Assembly: GCA_009926205.1 (NCBI GenBank)
Contig: RFPI01000001.1
Coordinates: 328-64,327 of the forward strand
Direction of reading: 5' to 3'
From: Methylophilaceae bacterium
Lineage (GTDB): Bacteria; Pseudomonadota; Gammaproteobacteria; Burkholderiales; Methylophilaceae
DNA: 64,000 nucleotides
The translations under genes were made by a program, and so were the position numbers. This document shows positions 9,614-19,131 of this stretch, in pieces (the first letter of the stretch is position 1; each line of letters opens with the position of its first letter). Under the pieces are notes generated by a model, which saw nothing but the letters and a program-made list of their open reading frames with translations, was not told where the DNA came from and searched no databases.

Positions 9614-11245
9614 TTAACTATCGACCTGTGCGGTTTCGGCGATAGGGGTGTCTAAAATACTGAAATAATTCGAGGGTTCCAGCACCGTAGGAATAGCCAC
9701 TTCCTGCATATCTGGATAATCCTTGCTGTAATGCAGGCCGCGACTCTCATGCCGCTCCATGGCGCTTTTCACAATCAGTTCGGCCACCTGTAGCAAATTA
9801 CGTAATTCAATCAAATCGTTACTAATTCGAAAGTTGCTGTAAAACTCATTCACTTCATCTTGCAGCAAACGTATGCGATGCATGGCTCGAGTTAAGCGCT
9901 TATTGGTGCGCACGATGCCCACATAATTCCACATAAAACGGCGCAGTTCATTCCAGTTATGGGTAATGATGATTTCTTCATCCGCATCGGTCACGCGGCT
10001 CTCATCCCATTGCGGCAAGACGACTGCTGGACGGTCGCCTTGTTGCAAAATATCGCTTGCACACAAGTCAGCAAATACCAAGCACTCGAGCAAAGAATTG
10101 CTCGCTAGACGATTTGCTCCATGCAAGCCAGTGCAAGCAGTTTCACCCACCGCATACAAGCGTGGCAGGTCGGTGCGAGCCATATGGTCAGTCATGATGC
10201 CGCCACAGTTGTAATGGGCTGCTGGAACAACAGGAATGGCTTCACGAGTAATGTCTATACCCAATTCCATGCAGCGACTGTAAATCGTGGGGAAATGCGA
10301 CATAATGAAATCAGCCGGCTTATGACTGATATCCAAGAACACGCAATCCAAGCCGCTTTTTTTCATTTCAAAGTCTATCGCGCGAGCCACTACGTCACGT
10401 GGTGCCAGCTCAAGTCGCGCATCATACTTTTGCATAAAGCGCTGACCATTCGGCAGACGCAAAATACCACCTTCTCCGCGAACTACCTCGCTGATTAAAA
10501 ATGATTTAGCTTTGGGGTGATACAGACAAGTCGGATGGAATTGTACGAATTCCATATTGGCGACTCGGCAACCAGCTCGCCACGCCATCGCAATTCCATC
10601 GCCAGTGCTGACGTCAGGATTGGTGGTATATAAGTACACCTTGCCTGCGCCGCCACTGGCTAATACCGTATGTTGAGCATGGATGGTAATCACTTTACCT
10701 GTGGCGGTATCCAAAACATAAGCACCTAAACAGTCGCCATTGTCTTGAGAGGGATTCAGTTTGCGTGAGGTAATCAAATCAACCGCTAAATGATTTTCTA
10801 ATACCGTGATATTGGGGTGTTGGCAGACTTGTTGTCCGAGGGTAAGTTGAACTGCATGGCCGGTAGCATCCGCAGCATGAATAATTCTTCTATGACTATG
10901 CCCACCCTCGCGAGTCAGATGATAGTCCTCGCTATTTTCCTCTTTGGTAAAAGGCACGCCTTGCTGTATCAACCATTGCACAGATTGTTTTGCATGGGTC
11001 GCAACAATACGAGTGACTTCTTGGTCACATAAGCCACCACCAGCAATTAAGGTGTCTTGGATATGCGCTTCTATGGAGTCTTCATCGGTGAGCGCGGCAG
11101 CGATACCACCTTGCGCCCAATTGCTTGAACTGTCGTCTATGCTGCGCTTGCTGATCAAACAAACTTTCTTGTGCTCGGCCAGTTTCAACGCGACGGTCAG
11201 ACCGGCTAAACCACTACCGATAATCAATACATCAAATTGTTGCAT
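9614..11245 (-). CDS. nadB: L-aspartate oxidase
   Basis: 543 aa with the FAD dinucleotide fold ([12 protein letters not shown]) and succinate dehydrogenase/fumarate reductase flavoprotein-type motifs. It is divergent from rpoE, as in E. coli and Pseudomonas. Confidence 0.95.
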   Translation of the reverse strand: MQQFDVLIIGSGLAGLTVALKLAEHKKVCLISKRSIDDSSSNWAQGGIAAALTDEDSIEAHIQDTLIAGGGLCDQEVTRIVATHAKQSVQWLIQQGVPFTKEENSEDYHLTREGGHSHRRIIHAADATGHAVQLTLGQQVCQHPNITVLENHLAVDLITSRKLNPSQDNGDCLGAYVLDTATGKVITIHAQHTVLASGGAGKVYLYTTNPDVSTGDGIAMAWRAGCRVANMEFVQFHPTCLYHPKAKSFLISEVVRGEGGILRLPNGQRFMQKYDARLELAPRDVVARAIDFEMKKSGLDCVFLDISHKPADFIMSHFPTIYSRCMELGIDITREAIPVVPAAHYNCGGIMTDHMARTDLPRLYAVGETACTGLHGANRLASNSLLECLVFADLCASDILQQGDRPAVVLPQWDESRVTDADEEIIITHNWNELRRFMWNYVGIVRTNKRLTRAMHRIRLLQDEVNEFYSNFRISNDLIELRNLLQVAELIVKSAMERHESRGLHYSKDYPDMQEVAIPTVLEPSNYFSILDTPIAETAQVDS

Positions 11246-11262
11246 GCAAAACTCATCTCAAT

Positions 11263-11290
11263 GAACTTTGTTAAGTGTAGCGTTGTCACA
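11263..11290 (+). promoter_or_regulatory. Candidate sigma-E (ECF) autoregulated promoter of rpoE
   Basis: GAACTT (11263-11268), a 17-nt spacer, then TCACA (11286-11290). This resembles the E. coli rpoE P2 and P. aeruginosa algU promoters (GAACTT-N16/17-TCnnA). Confidence 0.4.
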
Positions 11291-11386
11291 GTGAAGTAGC
11301 TAGTAATTGTTCCATACGACAATGATGCGCATTTAAAAATTATTTGTCTTTCAAGCAAGCTAACGTGGCTCTAAGGGTGGGATGAC

Positions 11387-12151
11387 ATGAATATTAAAGA
11401 TATAAAATCCATATCAAGTTTCAGTGCTTCAAATATAAATTTCGTAGATACGTCATCAGCGGGTTATACTTCCAAGGATACTAAAAAGTTCCCAGAAAGC
11501 GTAGGCTTAATGACCTCAAGCTCTGATAGCGTAGTGATGCAGGACAAGGTAAACCCTAACCGCGAAATCGATCAGGCTTTGGTTGAACGTGCTCAGCGTG
11601 GTGATCAACAAGCGTTTGGCTTGTTGGTGGAGAAATACCAGCGCAAGCTTGCACGTTTATTGTCACGCATGATGCGGGACTCTGCTGAAATTGAAGATGT
11701 AGTACAAGAGTCCTTTATAAAAGCTTACCGTGCTTTGCCTAACTTCAGAGGTGATAGCGCGTTTTACACTTGGCTATACCGTATTGGTATCAATACCGCC
11801 AAGAATTACTTAGTGGCGATGGGTCGTCGTCCTCAAGTTAGTAAAGACATTGAAATTGAAGACGCTGAGAATTTCGAAGATGCCGATGAATTACGTTCTA
11901 TGGCTACACCGGAATCTGAGCTTATGACCAAAGAAATCGCCAAAACCGTCAATGACACCATGATGTCTTTGCCGGATGATTTGCGTACCGCGATTACTTT
12001 AAGAGAAATTGAGGGTTTGAGTTACGAGGAAATCGCCTCGGTGATGGATTGTCCGATCGGAACTGTGCGTTCACGTATTTTTAGAGCACGCGAAACCATC
12101 GCTGCCAAACTCAGACCATTGTTAGACACGCCAGAAAATAAACGCTGGTAG
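11387..12151 (+). CDS. rpoE: ECF RNA polymerase sigma factor RpoE/AlgU
   Basis: The region from IDQALVERAQRGDQQAF to the C terminus is colinear with E. coli RpoE (FYTWLYRI.NTAKNYL, GLSYEEIA..M.CP.GTVRSRIFRARE). The start is uncertain. ATG 11387 has a GGGTGGG Shine-Dalgarno, but homology begins near ATG 11537 and ATG 11510 is also in frame. Confidence 0.9.
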   Translation: MNIKDIKSISSFSASNINFVDTSSAGYTSKDTKKFPESVGLMTSSSDSVVMQDKVNPNREIDQALVERAQRGDQQAFGLLVEKYQRKLARLLSRMMRDSAEIEDVVQESFIKAYRALPNFRGDSAFYTWLYRIGINTAKNYLVAMGRRPQVSKDIEIEDAENFEDADELRSMATPESELMTKEIAKTVNDTMMSLPDDLRTAITLREIEGLSYEEIASVMDCPIGTVRSRIFRARETIAAKLRPLLDTPENKRW

Positions 12152-12169
12152 TCAATTTAGGAGACTCAA

Positions 12170-12619
12170 GTGAAACAGCAAGTATCAGCCTTGATGGATG
12201 CCGATATGCACAACGAAGATGCTAACCAAGTGATGAATGTCATGGAGTCTAGCTCACATTTAAGACGCACTTGGGCGGAATATCATCTAATTGGTGATGT
12301 GATGCGCGGAGAGCCAACTTTGTCTGTGGATTTTACGGCTAAATTAATGCATCAATTGTCTGAGGAACCTGTTGTATTGGCTCCGCGTGCTCAGCAGACT
12401 GCTAGTCAGACTCGTTTGCAAAGTCTGTCACATCCAGTTTGGGCTTTGGCTGCTTCTGTAGTGGCTGTAGGATTTGTAGCATGGTTTGTTGTTCAGGAAT
12501 TGCAACCATCACAACAACCGATGATGAATGCTGCGCAAGATGACTACTTATTAGCTCATCAGTCGGCTGCGCCATCCAATACTGCTTATTTGCTTGAGAC
12601 TGTGGCGTTTGAAAAATAA
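12170..12619 (+). CDS. rseA: Anti-sigma-E factor RseA/MucA family
   Basis: It starts at GTG behind AGGAG. The N-terminal domain is colinear with E. coli RseA (QVSALMD..., TWAEYHLIGDVMRGE), there is a central TM helix, and the gene follows rpoE. Confidence 0.8.
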   Translation: MKQQVSALMDADMHNEDANQVMNVMESSSHLRRTWAEYHLIGDVMRGEPTLSVDFTAKLMHQLSEEPVVLAPRAQQTASQTRLQSLSHPVWALAASVVAVGFVAWFVVQELQPSQQPMMNAAQDDYLLAHQSAAPSNTAYLLETVAFEK

Positions 12620-12654
12620 ATCTAAAGCTTCAACTCTTTTCGTTGCGTAATGCG

Positions 12655-13635
12655 ATGTTTGAAAATAATAGTATGAAAATAATTACAAGTTTTGTAGCCA
12701 TCCTTTTTGCGTTTCTAACGCACACCGCTATTGCCGAGGATACCTGGTCGTATCTGGAGAAGGCATCACTTGCCGCGCACGAGTTAAGCTATGACGGCAT
12801 TTACACATACCACCTCGGACAAAATGTTAAATCGGTACAGGTTACCCATGTTAATTATGGACAAGGTGAGTATGCTCGCGTCGTAGTGCTTGATGGCAAG
12901 CCGCGCGAGGCACTTAGCCAAGGTGGCGATACAGTAATCTTCAATCAAAAACAAGAAAAGGTTGTGATTGAAAAGCGTCGCGGTCAAAACTCTTTCCCAG
13001 CCATACTCCCACTCGATCTAGACACGGTGAAACAGAATTATCAAGCACAACTTTCCAGCACCGAGAGAATAGCAGGTCGTGATGCACAAATTGTTGTATT
13101 GCAGCCCAGAGACCAATATCGTTTTGGCTATAAGCTCTGGCTAGATAAAGAGTACGGCCTTTTACTCAAATTCGCGACCTTAGATAGTGTTGGTAATCCT
13201 ATCGATAGCATAGGCTTCTCACAACTCGTTTTGATGACGGGTCAAAAGCTTGATTGGTTTAGACCCTCTAATGTAGACCGAGGCAAAAACTACGAGATGC
13301 AACAACGTCAGGTCAGCAGTCTGCAAGAGGATGAGATTAATTGTGAAATGTCAGACAACTTGCTGGGTTATCGCCGTATCAGTCAGTTTAAACACAATAT
13401 GAATCACAAACCCAACCCAGTGACTCAAATGGTCTACAGTGACGGCCTTGCGACCGTCTCGGTTTTTGTAGAGCCAATGACGAGAGGTAATCATCCTCGT
13501 GTTGGTTTTTCTGAACTAGGCACGACTAATATGCTTGGTGCGATAGCAGAAGGACACCAAATTATCGTGGTTGGTGAAGTTCCTCAGGTAACGGTTACAC
13601 AGTTTGTCAATGCAGTGAAATTCAAGAAAAAGTAA
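12655..13635 (+). CDS. rseB: Sigma-E regulatory protein RseB/MucB
   Basis: Periplasmic protein with signal peptide MKIITSFVAILFAFLTHTAIA, in third position of the rpoE operon. The start is ambiguous (TTG 12643, ATG 12655 or ATG 12673). Confidence 0.8.
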   Translation: MFENNSMKIITSFVAILFAFLTHTAIAEDTWSYLEKASLAAHELSYDGIYTYHLGQNVKSVQVTHVNYGQGEYARVVVLDGKPREALSQGGDTVIFNQKQEKVVIEKRRGQNSFPAILPLDLDTVKQNYQAQLSSTERIAGRDAQIVVLQPRDQYRFGYKLWLDKEYGLLLKFATLDSVGNPIDSIGFSQLVLMTGQKLDWFRPSNVDRGKNYEMQQRQVSSLQEDEINCEMSDNLLGYRRISQFKHNMNHKPNPVTQMVYSDGLATVSVFVEPMTRGNHPRVGFSELGTTNMLGAIAEGHQIIVVGEVPQVTVTQFVNAVKFKKK

Positions 13636-13643
13636 GAGGCATC

Positions 13644-14108
13644 ATGGTTGAGCAACACGCGCTCGTAGTCGCCATTCAACATCATCAAGCACAAGTCGAA
13701 ATTGTGCGTCAAAAACCATGCGGTATATGTGGCCAGACCAGGGGTTGTGGGGTCTCGATTTGGGGAAAGCTGTTTGGTCATCAAACCAATAGTTTTGCTG
13801 TCGACAATGCATTAAAAGCGCAAGTCGGTGACATGGTTCTGTTGGCTGTTGAGGATGGTGCCGTTTTATCCAGCGCCACCATGGCTTATGGTTTGCCTTT
13901 GGCTTTGTTATTAATTGGCGCAGCATGTGGCCAACAGTTTTTACATCTTGCATCCTCTAGTGATGCGAATTCGCTGATGGGTGCTCTATTAGGATTTTTG
14001 CTGGGATATGGTTTGTTGCGTAGACGCGTGAATGGTCTGAGTTACTTGAGTAAATACCAACCTCGCATGATTAAAGTGCTTTCCCCAAGCTTAAATTCTT
14101 CCCAGTAA
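13644..14108 (+). CDS. rseC: SoxR-reducing system protein RseC/MucC family
   Basis: 154 aa with an N-terminal cysteine motif (CGICGQTRGCG) followed by two TM helices. It is fourth in the rpoE operon. Confidence 0.8.
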   Translation: MVEQHALVVAIQHHQAQVEIVRQKPCGICGQTRGCGVSIWGKLFGHQTNSFAVDNALKAQVGDMVLLAVEDGAVLSSATMAYGLPLALLLIGAACGQQFLHLASSSDANSLMGALLGFLLGYGLLRRRVNGLSYLSKYQPRMIKVLSPSLNSSQ

Positions 14109-14110
14109 AT

Positions 14111-14139
14111 CTTGAAATTAACCCTGTTAAACCACATAA
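14111..14139 (+). promoter_or_regulatory. Candidate sigma-32-like promoter upstream of degP
   Basis: CTTGAAA (14111-14117), a 14-nt spacer, then CCACATAA (14132-14139). The sigma-32 consensus is CTTGAAA-N13-17-CCCCATnT. Confidence 0.3.
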
Positions 14140-14174
14140 AGTATTTGTATTAACGGAAAAGGATAAAGTGAGTC

Positions 14175-15599
14175 ATGAAAATCGTTGCAAAATTTTTATC
14201 TAGTTTTGTACTGGCTGGCTTATTGTCACTGAGTCATATGACTGTGCAAGCCAAAGAACTGCCTGACTTTACCGAGTTGGCAGAGAAACAAGGCCCTACC
14301 GTAGTCAATATTAGTGTCACGCAAGTGATGTCTGGTAATGGGCAAGGCAGTTTCCCCGGTATGCCAAATGACGAAGCATTGAACGAGCTGTTTCGTCGAT
14401 TTGGATTACCTACACCAGGCATGCCTGGCGGACCTCAGCAAGACTTCAAATCTCAATCTTTAGGTTCAGGCTTTATTATCAGTGCTGATGGTTATGTGTT
14501 AACCAATGCACATGTAGTGAGTGAAGCAGATGAAGTGATTGTTAAGCTCTCAGATAAGCGAGAGTTTAAAGCGAAGATTGTGGGCTTTGACCGACGTACC
14601 GATGTGGCTTTATTAAAAATTGATGCCAACGGTTTGCCCAAGGTCAATATTGGCGATCCAAACCAACTCAAAGTTGGCGAATGGGTAGCTGCTATTGGTT
14701 CCCCTTTTGGTCTTGAAAACACCATGACAGCAGGAATTGTAAGTGCCAAAGGTCGCGCTTTGCCACAAGAAAACTTTGTTCCTTTTATTCAGACGGATGT
14801 GGCTATTAACCCCGGTAACTCAGGCGGACCTTTATTTAATTTAAAGGGTGAAGTGGTAGGTATCAATTCACAAATTTACAGTCGCAGTGGCGGCTCTATG
14901 GGCTTATCTTTCTCAATCCCAATTGATGTTGCCATGGATATTGCTAACCAACTCAAAGCTGGCGGCAAAATCAGCCGTGGTTGGTTGGGGATAGCGATTC
15001 AGGAAATGAGTAAAGAACTGGCAGAGTCTTTTGGCTTGAAAAACACTGCAGGAGCCCTAATCGCTGGAATAGAGAAATCCTCTCCCGCTGAAAAAGCCGG
15101 CTTGGAGCCAGGTGATGTGATTGTGAAATTTGATGGCAAAGTGATTGCCTCTTCAAATGATTTGCCCCGTGTAGTTGCAGCGACTAAGCCCGGCAAAACT
15201 GTGCAGGCGGAAATCATGCGTAAAGGCAGCCTCAAAACCATCAGTGTGACGGTAGGCGATCTCCCAGTAGAGCGTGATGAAGTGGTAACGGGAAACAAGG
15301 GTAATGTGAAGCCTGATCAAAATAAACTGGGTCTTGGCCTTCGTGAGTTGAGTCCTCAACAAAAGAAAAAACTTAATGGCAGAAATGGGCTATTGGTGGT
15401 TGATTCACAAGGAATTTCCGCGCAAGTAGGTATTCGTCGTGGTGATGTCATCCTGGCGCTGAATAACACCGAAGTGCAAAGTTTGGAGCAATTCAGTAAG
15501 CAAATACAAGCCATTCCAGCAGGTAAAAACATAGCTCTGCTGATACAGCGTGGCGAAAATACTTTATATGTTCCGCTTAAGATGCCAGACAACAAATAA
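14175..15599 (+). CDS. degP: Periplasmic serine endoprotease DegP/DegQ/MucD family
   Basis: It has a signal peptide, the trypsin-like catalytic triad context (TNAHV, D in RTDVALLK, GNSGGPL) and two PDZ domains. Its position matches mucD in the Pseudomonas algU operon. Confidence 0.92.
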   Translation: MKIVAKFLSSFVLAGLLSLSHMTVQAKELPDFTELAEKQGPTVVNISVTQVMSGNGQGSFPGMPNDEALNELFRRFGLPTPGMPGGPQQDFKSQSLGSGFIISADGYVLTNAHVVSEADEVIVKLSDKREFKAKIVGFDRRTDVALLKIDANGLPKVNIGDPNQLKVGEWVAAIGSPFGLENTMTAGIVSAKGRALPQENFVPFIQTDVAINPGNSGGPLFNLKGEVVGINSQIYSRSGGSMGLSFSIPIDVAMDIANQLKAGGKISRGWLGIAIQEMSKELAESFGLKNTAGALIAGIEKSSPAEKAGLEPGDVIVKFDGKVIASSNDLPRVVAATKPGKTVQAEIMRKGSLKTISVTVGDLPVERDEVVTGNKGNVKPDQNKLGLGLRELSPQQKKKLNGRNGLLVVDSQGISAQVGIRRGDVILALNNTEVQSLEQFSKQIQAIPAGKNIALLIQRGENTLYVPLKMPDNK

Positions 15600-15631
15600 T
15601 CTTTGATGACTGGATTAATCTATCCATAAGA

Positions 15632-15655
15632 GGGGTGCGAAAGCACCCCTTTTTT
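15632..15655 (+). terminator. Rho-independent terminator after degP
   Basis: GGGGTGC-gaaa-GCACCCC stem-loop followed by TTTTTT. Confidence 0.8.
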
Positions 15656-15814
15656 GCTTGACCCGTTATACAGCAAAGCAATCCAGCCAGCTTTGCACCT
15701 TTTTGCTGTGAGACCAGTCAAAATCCTGTAAAATTTAGCTTGTTTTTATGCAAGGGCGCTTGTTGGCGCCCTTGTTGTTACTAGCGTCTTTGAGATTGAG
15801 ATAAGCTGCCACAC

Positions 15815-17608
15815 ATGAATAACATTCGTAACTTTTCCATTATTGCCCACATCGACCATGGTAAGTCCACCTTGGCCGACCGCATCATCCAATTATGCGG
15901 CGGTTTATCTGATCGCGAGATGGAGGAGCAAGTACTCGACTCTATGGACTTAGAGCGTGAGCGTGGTATCACCATCAAGGCACAAACAGCGGCATTGCGC
16001 TATACCGCTTTAGATGGTCAGGTCTATCAGCTTAACTTGATTGATACACCAGGACACGTAGATTTCTCCTATGAAGTCAGCCGCTCACTATCTGCCTGTG
16101 AGGGTGCTTTATTGGTTGTCGATGCCAGTCAGGGTGTTGAGGCGCAAAGCGTAGCCAATTGTTATACCGCCATCGATCTTGGCGTTGAAGTATTTCCTAT
16201 TCTTAACAAAATCGACTTGCCATCCGCCGATCCTGATCGCGTGATTCAGGAAATTGAAGATGTGATTGGGGTCGATGCCAGCGATGCAGTGCGTTGCTCT
16301 GCCAAAACCGGTGAAGGTGTGCGCGATGTGCTGGAAGCTGTGGTGCATCATGTGCCACCACCTAAAGGTAATCCTGACGGTCCCTTGAAAGCGCTGATTA
16401 TTGACTCATGGTTTGATAATTATGTTGGCGTGGTGATGTTGGTACGTGTTGTGGACGGCGTGTTGCGTCCCAAAGATAAAATTCGTTTGATGGCCACCAA
16501 TGCTAACTATTTATGTGAAGAAGTTGGTGTATTTACTCCCAAGTCCATGCAAAAGAGTGCATTGTCAGCAGGTGAGGTAGGCTTTGTTATCGCGGGTATC
16601 AAAGAACTCACCAGTGCTAAAGTGGGGGATACCATTACCACCTCTGACAGACCTGCCGAAGAACCTTTGCCGGGCTTTAAAGAAGTAAAGCCGCAGGTGT
16701 TTGCGGGTCTTTATCCGGTCGAATCTAATCAATTTGAAGCACTGCGCAGTGCTTTAGAAAAGCTGCGTTTGAATGATGCCTCTTTGCAATTTGAACCAGA
16801 AAATTCAACAGCATTAGGGTTTGGTTTCCGTTGTGGCTTTTTGGGCTTATTGCACATGGAGATTGTGCAAGAGCGTTTAGAGCGCGAATACGATATGGAT
16901 TTGATTACTACCGCTCCCACGGTAGTGTATGAATTGTTATTAAAAAGCGCTGAAGTGGTACAAATTGAAAACCCATCGCGTTTGCCCGAACCTTCTCGCG
17001 TCGAAGAAATTCGTGAGCCTATGATTATGGTGAATTTGCTGATGCCACAAGAGTATGTCGGTCCAGTGATGACCTTGTGTAATCTAAAGCGTGGCGTTCA
17101 GCGTAATATGCAATATATGGGTAGACAGGTGATGTTGAGCTACGAATTGCCGCTGAATGAAGTGGTATTAGATTTCTTTGATAAGTTGAAATCGGTATCA
17201 CGAGGCTATGCCTCTATGGACTATGAATTTTTAGAGTTCCGCCCAGCTGATTTGGTGAAGTTAGACATTATGGTAAACGGCGAACGGGTGGATGCCTTGT
17301 CATTGATTGTTCATCGCTCGAATAGTGTTTATCGAGGTCGCGAGTTAGCCTCCAAAATGCGTGAGTTAATTCCACGACAAATGTTTGACGTGGCGATTCA
17401 AGCGGCGATAGGCGCTAATATTATTGCGCGTGAAACTGTTAAAGCGATGCGTAAGAACGTACTGGCTAAGTGTTATGGTGGCGATATTACGCGTAAGAAG
17501 AAATTGCTCGAAAAACAAAAAGAGGGCAAGAAACGTATGAAGCAAGTAGGTAACGTTGAAATCCCTCAAGAGGCATTTCTTGCTATCTTGCGTGTCGAAG
17601 ACAAATAG
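15815..17608 (+). CDS. lepA: Translation elongation factor 4 (LepA)
   Basis: 597 aa with GTPase motifs ([18 protein letters not shown]) and the LepA-specific C-terminal domain. It is followed by lepB. Confidence 0.97.
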   Translation: MNNIRNFSIIAHIDHGKSTLADRIIQLCGGLSDREMEEQVLDSMDLERERGITIKAQTAALRYTALDGQVYQLNLIDTPGHVDFSYEVSRSLSACEGALLVVDASQGVEAQSVANCYTAIDLGVEVFPILNKIDLPSADPDRVIQEIEDVIGVDASDAVRCSAKTGEGVRDVLEAVVHHVPPPKGNPDGPLKALIIDSWFDNYVGVVMLVRVVDGVLRPKDKIRLMATNANYLCEEVGVFTPKSMQKSALSAGEVGFVIAGIKELTSAKVGDTITTSDRPAEEPLPGFKEVKPQVFAGLYPVESNQFEALRSALEKLRLNDASLQFEPENSTALGFGFRCGFLGLLHMEIVQERLEREYDMDLITTAPTVVYELLLKSAEVVQIENPSRLPEPSRVEEIREPMIMVNLLMPQEYVGPVMTLCNLKRGVQRNMQYMGRQVMLSYELPLNEVVLDFFDKLKSVSRGYASMDYEFLEFRPADLVKLDIMVNGERVDALSLIVHRSNSVYRGRELASKMRELIPRQMFDVAIQAAIGANIIARETVKAMRKNVLAKCYGGDITRKKKLLEKQKEGKKRMKQVGNVEIPQEAFLAILRVEDK

Positions 17609-17631
17609 TCAGGAAGAAATAAGGAAAAGAC

Positions 17632-18378
17632 ATGTTATTAGCGCTTATTATGATGGTGGTATTGTTGGTGACAGGGGTGATATGGCTAGTGGATAGTCTA
17701 TTGTTTGCCAAGCGACGTGACCCTGCGCAAAAATTACCCGTGCTGGTGGAATATTCGCGTAGTTTTTTCCCAGTTATCTTGGTGGTATTTGTCATTCGTT
17801 CATTTATTGTTGAGCCATTCAAAATCCCATCAGGTTCCATGATGCCAACCTTGTTGGCGGGAGATTTTATTCTCGTTAATAAATTTACTTATGGTCTGCG
17901 TGTGCCAGTCTTAAATAACACAATCATTCCTATCAGCGAGCCAAAACGTGGGGATATTTTTGTATTTCACTATCCTCCTGATCCATCGATTGATTACATC
18001 AAACGCGTCGTCGGTTTGCCGGGAGACAAAATCGTGTACAAAGACCGTAGCTTATTCGTGAATGGCCAAAAAATTGATACCACCGATGTGGGTGATTATC
18101 CCTACGAAGGCATAGGAATGAACTACATCAATGCTAAGCGTTTACATGAACAACTCGGCGATGTGAACCATGATATTTTGATTGATGCCGATGCATTTAG
18201 TAAGGATGTAGAGGTCACAGTACCAGAAGGTCATTATTTCGCCATGGGGGACAATCGTGACAATAGTCGTGATAGCCGCTACTGGGGTTTTGTGCCAGAG
18301 CACAATTTAGTCGGTAAAGCCTTTTTTATTTGGTGGAATTTCTCTGAGTTCGGCCGCATCGGCACCGTGATACATTAA
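17632..18378 (+). CDS. lepB: Signal peptidase I
   Basis: It has an N-terminal TM helix, the catalytic Ser motif (IPSGSMMPTL), the Lys box (YIKRVVGLPGD) and GDNRDNSRDSR. Confidence 0.95.
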   Translation: MLLALIMMVVLLVTGVIWLVDSLLFAKRRDPAQKLPVLVEYSRSFFPVILVVFVIRSFIVEPFKIPSGSMMPTLLAGDFILVNKFTYGLRVPVLNNTIIPISEPKRGDIFVFHYPPDPSIDYIKRVVGLPGDKIVYKDRSLFVNGQKIDTTDVGDYPYEGIGMNYINAKRLHEQLGDVNHDILIDADAFSKDVEVTVPEGHYFAMGDNRDNSRDSRYWGFVPEHNLVGKAFFIWWNFSEFGRIGTVIH

Positions 18379-18413
18379 TGCAGCATCAGCATAGGGTGAG
18401 GCGATAGGACAAG

Positions 18414-19127
18414 ATGATAGATTTAAGCGGATTAGAGCGCGTGCTCGATTATCAGTTTAAAGATCGTCAATTTCTGTTATTGGCGCTGACCCATCGTAGC
18501 CATAGTGCTCGCAATAATGAACGCCTAGAATTTCTTGGGGATGGCGTGCTCAATTTTCTGATTGCGCATATGATTTTCCAGTCATTTGCTGAGATTGATG
18601 AAGGTGAAATGAGTCGCATCCGCGCTCAGTTGGTCAAAGAATCTACCCTGAGTGAAATTGCCAATGAGATGAACCTGGGTGAGTATTTACGTTTAGGTGA
18701 GGGCGAGCTAAAGAGTGCAGGCTGGCGCAGACCTTCGGTATTGGCGGATGCTTTAGAAGCGATTTTTGCCGCAGTATTTTTGGATGCAGGCTATGACTCC
18801 GCCAATCGATTAGCACAAAAATTATTCCAACATCGCTTATCTAGCGTTAATCCTAAAGCGGTTGGTAAAGATGCCAAAACGATGTTGCAAGAGCTGTTGC
18901 AGGCACGTAAATTAGATTTACCCAATTACCAAATCTTGCGTACTGAGGGTGAAGCTCATCAGCAAACCTTCTTCGTAGAGTGTCGCATCGAAAAGCTGGG
19001 TATTTTTACCCATGGGCATGGCTCTAGTCGCCGAAACGCAGAGCAGATGTCGGCTGAGCAAGCTTTGCCCTTGGCACAGCAACAGCTAGCGCAAAAATCT
19101 TCTAAATCGCAAGCGTCTAAAGGTTAA
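18414..19127 (+). CDS. rnc: Ribonuclease III
   Basis: It carries the RNase III signature NERLEFLGD and a C-terminal dsRBD. Confidence 0.95.
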   Translation: MIDLSGLERVLDYQFKDRQFLLLALTHRSHSARNNERLEFLGDGVLNFLIAHMIFQSFAEIDEGEMSRIRAQLVKESTLSEIANEMNLGEYLRLGEGELKSAGWRRPSVLADALEAIFAAVFLDAGYDSANRLAQKLFQHRLSSVNPKAVGKDAKTMLQELLQARKLDLPNYQILRTEGEAHQQTFFVECRIEKLGIFTHGHGSSRRNAEQMSAEQALPLAQQQLAQKSSKSQASKG

Positions 19128-19131
19128 GCCT

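Noticed and set aside
9966-11264. Several plus-strand ORFs (82-125 aa) inside nadB.
   Set aside because: They are antisense shadow ORFs of a strongly supported flavoprotein gene.
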